Assembly: GCA_051746725.1 (NCBI GenBank)
Contig: JBNJFI010000009.1
Span: forward strand, 1-37,715
Reading direction: 5' to 3'
DNA: 37,715 nt
DNA from: Fusobacteriota bacterium
GTDB taxonomy: Bacteria; Fusobacteriota; Fusobacteriia; Fusobacteriales; JBNJFI01
Shown here piece by piece: positions 34,107 through 37,715 of the stretch. Under the pieces are notes generated by a model. It searched no databases and was not told the DNA's origin. It was given only the letters and a program-made list of their open reading frames with translations. Position 1 is the stretch's first letter; every line of letters starts with the position of its first letter. A program made the translations under genes and the position numbers.

Positions 34107-37100
34107 TCATTTTTCATTACTTTCTTTATATGTATTATCACTTATCATGCATATTTTATTTCGTCCATCTTTTTTGGCACAATATAACGACTCATCTGCA
34201 ATTTTTAACATATCTTTTATATTCGTATCCTTTTCTGGACTTTGACTAGTAATCCCAATACTTACTGTCGTTTTTATTCTTATATCTTCAAAATTTCCTT
34301 CTAGTTTTACAGATGTATAATATTTTTCTACAGCCTCTCTAATATCTTTAGCTATTTTTTTAGATCCCTTTTCATCTGTATCATATAAAACAACAACAAA
34401 TTCATCTCCACCATATCTAGCCACAAAATCTGTGCTACGAGCAAGTTGATTGGAAATAATATCACTTATTCCCACTAAATACTTATCACCTATCAAATGT
34501 CCATAGGTATCATTTATCTCTTTAAATTTATCAATATCTATCATCAAAAAAGATAAATTTGTTTTGCTACGTTTAGCTAATTTAAAAAATTCATCTATTC
34601 TTGTATTAAAATATCTTCTGTTATATATTCCTGTAAGTTGATCTTTTATAGAATGTTCCTCTAATTCTTTATTAACAGTTTTGAGTTTTTTATTTAAACT
34701 TGACAGTTCTCTATTTTTTTCATTTATTAGCTTTCCTTCTTTAATTTTAAATAATATATATATTAATAGTATAAATAATATTATATATGAAAAATAAGCT
34801 AAATTTGTTTTAAACCAAGGTTTATCTATATCAAAGGATAACTGCTCTATGCTAGATTTAACTCCTCTGGCAGTTTGCGCTTGAACCTTAAGTGTATAAC
34901 TCCCTGCTGGCAAATTTGAATAGGAAATATAATCTCTATTTCCTAAATTAACCCATTCAGAATCAAATCCTTCTAATATATATGAGAATTTTATCTTTTC
35001 TGGATCATCAAAATCTAATGCTACAAATTTAAATTCTAAAAAATTATCGTTGGGTTTAAATTTTAAATATTCATCATTAAAAAATGATTTTTTTAAATCA
35101 ATAGATTCTTGATACAATTTCACATCTTTTATATATAATCTAGGTGGAGGTATATTCCCATCTGTAAAAGTAGATGGTATCCGTGTTATTCCGTGAACTC
35201 CTCCAAAAAGAAGGTCTCCATTATTATCTAGAAAGTGCCCTGAATTAAATTCCCATCCACCTATTCCATCATCTGGTTTTAATATATAAATATTTTGATT
35301 ATCAGGATTAATTATCGATATTCCATCTTGTGTAGATACCCATATTCTCCCATCAGAACCTTCCAATATTCCGACTACAGTATTACTTGACAACCCATCT
35401 TTTTCAGTAAATGTTTTAAACGAACCTTTTTCATTATAAACAGCGACTCCTCCACCATTCATCCCTATCCATATTTTTCCTTTAGAATCTTCAAATAATA
35501 CTTTCATAACATTACTTCCAAGACCATTTTTATTAATTGGATTTTTATGATATATCGTAAAACTTTCTTTTCCTGACTTCAATAAATTAAGTCCATTATT
35601 TGTAGCTATCCAGACTCGATCTTTAGAATCAACTAAAACATCATAAATTAAATTGTCTGAAAGATAATTTTTTCCCTTTTTTGAATGATTATAGTTTTTT
35701 AAATCCCCAGTTTTTCTATTATAATAATAGACGCCATTGGTATAAGTCCCTAACCAAAGTTCAGAATTATTAGATTCATCCATAGTATATACAAAACTAT
35801 CTTCGGGTAAAACTTCCATACTTACAAACTTATCTTCATCATATTCGTAATAGGATATTCCCTTACCGTTTCCTATTAGAAGTTTTCCATCGGAAGTCTC
35901 TAATATATCAGTTACTCTATTTTCTGATATGGAATTTGGATTTTCTGGATCATGTCTATATTTAAGCATTCTTTTTTGATTTGGATCATATCGATCTAAA
36001 CCTAAATTATATACAGATATCCATAAATTTCCTCTACTATCTCTAAAAATAGCGTTTATTTTTCCAGCACTTAAACTATAAGGGTCTTCTGGATCATTAG
36101 AAAATTGAACATAGTTTCTTTTTCGGGGGTTTATTTTAGAAACTCCACCTCCATTTGTACCAACCCATAAAATATCTGTATGATCTTGATACATAGAATA
36201 AACTATTGGATGCGGCAAAGAATTTTTGTTTTTTTGTACTGTATAATTATATATTTTTCCTCGATTATCAATTGCATATAATCCTCCACCCCAAGTACCT
36301 ACCCATTCTATTCCATCTGAGGTTTTTATTGTAGAATAAACACGATTATCTTTAAAAGAAATTATTTTTACATCTTTAGTTGCTAAATTAACTTTTGCAA
36401 GGCCTCCATCCCATAAACCTAAAGTTATTATTCCATTTTCATATTCATTTATAGTCATAACATATTGAGATGGTAAATCTAATTCAATTTTTTGGATATC
36501 ATCTTTTTTATCATCATAATAATAGAGCCCTTTATAAGTTCCAATCAAAAGTTTATTTTCAGTACTTATTTTTAAACTCCTAACTACTTTCCCTGGTATT
36601 TCATAGTTACTTATACTACCTGTCTTAGGATCTATTTTATTTAGCCCCTCCATTGTTCCAGCCCAAATATTACCATCTACATCTTTTGTTATTGCAACTA
36701 TAACTGGATTAGATAAACCTTCCTCTTCTACTTTATAATTTTTAAAATTCTTTTCTTTAATCGCAAAACGGGATATTCCCTGATATGTACCGATCCATAT
36801 TTCGTGTTTCTCTTTATCATAATACATAGTCTGTATTAAATTATGGATTAATCCATTTTCTTGAAAGGGATTATTTCGATAAACTTTCATCTTTCTTCCA
36901 TCATAATAATTTAGACCTCCTTGAGTACCAAACCAAAAAAAGCCGTATTTATCTTGTATGATCGAAGAAACTGACATATTCGATAAACCTGAATCTCTAG
37001 TTAGAGTTTCAAAAGATGGAGAGGTTCCTTGGGTTAATACAGGCTCTGAGTAACTATAACTAAGACTTGCTATAACTAAAATAAAAGTTATATAGATTAG

Positions 37101-37127
37101 TTTATTTATTATATTTGATTTTTTCAT
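34107..37127 (-). CDS. Ligand-sensing diguanylate cyclase: signal peptide, two-component-regulator beta-propeller repeats, Y_Y_Y domain, TM, GGDEF.
   Basis: Repeated 'W.GT..GL..YD' propeller motifs. TM 'LAYFSYIILFILLIYILF'. GGDEF 'RYGGDEF'. The start is re-assigned to the ATG at 37127 (SD 'gggggagaa'); the track start is TTG 37163. Confidence 0.9.
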   Translation of the reverse strand: MKKSNIINKLIYITFILVIASLSYSYSEPVLTQGTSPSFETLTRDSGLSNMSVSSIIQDKYGFFWFGTQGGLNYYDGRKMKVYRNNPFQENGLIHNLIQTMYYDKEKHEIWIGTYQGISRFAIKEKNFKNYKVEEEGLSNPVIVAITKDVDGNIWAGTMEGLNKIDPKTGSISNYEIPGKVVRSLKISTENKLLIGTYKGLYYYDDKKDDIQKIELDLPSQYVMTINEYENGIITLGLWDGGLAKVNLATKDVKIISFKDNRVYSTIKTSDGIEWVGTWGGGLYAIDNRGKIYNYTVQKNKNSLPHPIVYSMYQDHTDILWVGTNGGGVSKINPRKRNYVQFSNDPEDPYSLSAGKINAIFRDSRGNLWISVYNLGLDRYDPNQKRMLKYRHDPENPNSISENRVTDILETSDGKLLIGNGKGISYYEYDEDKFVSMEVLPEDSFVYTMDESNNSELWLGTYTNGVYYYNRKTGDLKNYNHSKKGKNYLSDNLIYDVLVDSKDRVWIATNNGLNLLKSGKESFTIYHKNPINKNGLGSNVMKVLFEDSKGKIWIGMNGGGVAVYNEKGSFKTFTEKDGLSSNTVVGILEGSDGRIWVSTQDGISIINPDNQNIYILKPDDGIGGWEFNSGHFLDNNGDLLFGGVHGITRIPSTFTDGNIPPPRLYIKDVKLYQESIDLKKSFFNDEYLKFKPNDNFLEFKFVALDFDDPEKIKFSYILEGFDSEWVNLGNRDYISYSNLPAGSYTLKVQAQTARGVKSSIEQLSFDIDKPWFKTNLAYFSYIILFILLIYILFKIKEGKLINEKNRELSSLNKKLKTVNKELEEHSIKDQLTGIYNRRYFNTRIDEFFKLAKRSKTNLSFLMIDIDKFKEINDTYGHLIGDKYLVGISDIISNQLARSTDFVARYGGDEFVVVLYDTDEKGSKKIAKDIREAVEKYYTSVKLEGNFEDIRIKTTVSIGITSQSPEKDTNIKDMLKIADESLYCAKKDGRNKICMISDNTYKESNEK

Positions 37128-37240
37128 TTCTCCCCCTTTTTGTTTTGACGTAGGAAGTGTCAAAAGATTTTCTCTTTTTCCTCACTAACCCTTTATTTTA
37201 TAATCTAATATATTATATATTTATTATTCTATCCAGTATT

Positions 37241-37715
37241 TTATAAATATGTATCTATTATTTCAGAAATATCTGTAGACTTAATAGGCTTCGATATATA
37301 ATCATCCATTCCTTTCCTTAAACAAATTTCTCTATCTTCTCTAGTTGCATGAGCTGTCATTGCAATTATGGGAATATCTTTTCGTTCATCCATATCTTTT
37401 ATCTTTTGAGTAGCCTCAAAACCATTCATTATAGGCATCTGTACATCCATGAATATTATATCAAACTCTTTTTTCTTTAATATTTCTACAGCTCTACGAC
37501 CATCTTCAGCCATAGTTGTTTCCACACCATTATTTATGAGCATCTCTCTTCCAATTTCTCTATTTATCTCATTATCATCTACTAATAATGCACTTTTCCC
37601 AAATTTATCTTTCTTATGGAGTTGTTCAATTTTTTTCTCCACTTTCTCTTTAACATCTGTGGAGTTACCTAGCTTATATGGAATTTCAAAAAAGAAGGTT
37701 GTTCCTTCTCCAAGA
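37241..37715 (-). CDS. C-terminal part (end of HATPase_c plus REC domain) of a hybrid sensor histidine kinase that continues beyond the window end.
   Basis: The frame stays open upstream of the track's GTG start to the window edge: '...LGEGTTFFFEIPYKLGNSTDVKEKVEKKIEQLHKKDKFGKSALLVDDNEINR...'. 'GEGTTFFFEIP' is the G2-box end of a kinase ATPase domain. REC 'ALLVDDNEINRE...IIFMDVQMPIMNG'. Confidence 0.8.
   Translation of the reverse strand, partial: LGEGTTFFFEIPYKLGNSTDVKEKVEKKIEQLHKKDKFGKSALLVDDNEINREIGREMLINNGVETTMAEDGRRAVEILKKKEFDIIFMDVQMPIMNGFEATQKIKDMDERKDIPIIAMTAHATREDREICLRKGMDDYISKPIKSTDISEIIDTYL

Noticed and set aside
37143-37165. Inverted repeat 'ttttgac gtaggaagt gtcaaaa' between the hybrid kinase stop and the GGDEF gene start, considered as a terminator.
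   Set aside because: No T-run follows on the minus (transcribed) strand. It lies inside the 5' leader of the GGDEF gene. It is possibly regulatory but unsupported.
1-37715. CRISPR arrays, tRNA or rRNA genes, integrase or transposase genes.
   Set aside because: No regularly spaced direct repeats of 25-40 bp were seen. No GC-rich cloverleaf-capable segments were seen outside the two repeat elements. No ORF has recombinase or transposase motifs. The two MITE-like copies have no coding capacity.

Overview
The window is strongly AT-rich. Almost every gene lies on the minus strand, with short intergenic gaps and Shine-Dalgarno sites of the GGAGG type. The gene content looks like a low-GC anaerobe, possibly Thermotogota-like or Firmicute-like; this is an inference from gene content only.

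Ordinary content: the N-terminal part of a SWIM/SNF2 helicase (runs off the 5' edge); a stomatin-like protein; a chemoreceptor operon (MCP, two family-3 substrate-binding proteins, a LiaF-like membrane protein); NfeD; thioredoxin reductase; a response-regulator/histidine-kinase hybrid; a MIF-like tautomerase; a two-CXXC protein disulfide oxidoreductase; glycogen phosphorylase; a tandem-repeat lipoprotein; LepA; PhnA; a secreted phospholipase-D-family protein; a J-domain protein; a Cof-type HAD phosphatase; an ars-like cluster (ArsR, CoA-disulfide reductase-rhodanese fusion, ACR3, small regulator, DUF2892); many c-di-GMP and two-component proteins (REC-GGDEF, 4xPAS hybrid kinase, cNMP-binding protein, beta-propeller/Y_Y_Y GGDEF, C-terminus of another hybrid kinase running off the 3' edge); a split COG0701 permease; glyoxalase I. 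No tRNA, rRNA or CRISPR array was recognised.

Features that ORF calling does not explain:
1. Two copies, about 15 kb apart and in opposite orientation, of a roughly 250-270 bp element with terminal inverted repeats. The two copies share about 55 bp at each end, carry unrelated GC-rich hairpin-forming cores, and each is flanked by an AT-rich direct repeat of about 14 bp (perfect 14/14 for copy 2). This looks like a previously undescribed MITE-like family or small-RNA cassette family.
2. A DRE-TIM (LeuA/HMGL-like) catalytic domain fused to a C-terminal Cache-like sensor domain.
3. An arsenic-type cluster where an arsC reductase would be expected but a CoA-disulfide-reductase/rhodanese fusion is found instead, with a consensus sigma70 promoter plus palindromic operator.
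4. A 3' remnant of a substrate-binding-protein paralog fused in frame after the stop codon of an intact substrate-binding-protein gene.
5. A 195-bp tandem-repeat lipoprotein gene.

Several ORF-track starts use GTG/TTG where an internal ATG with a good RBS is the more likely start; corrected coordinates are given in the feature list.
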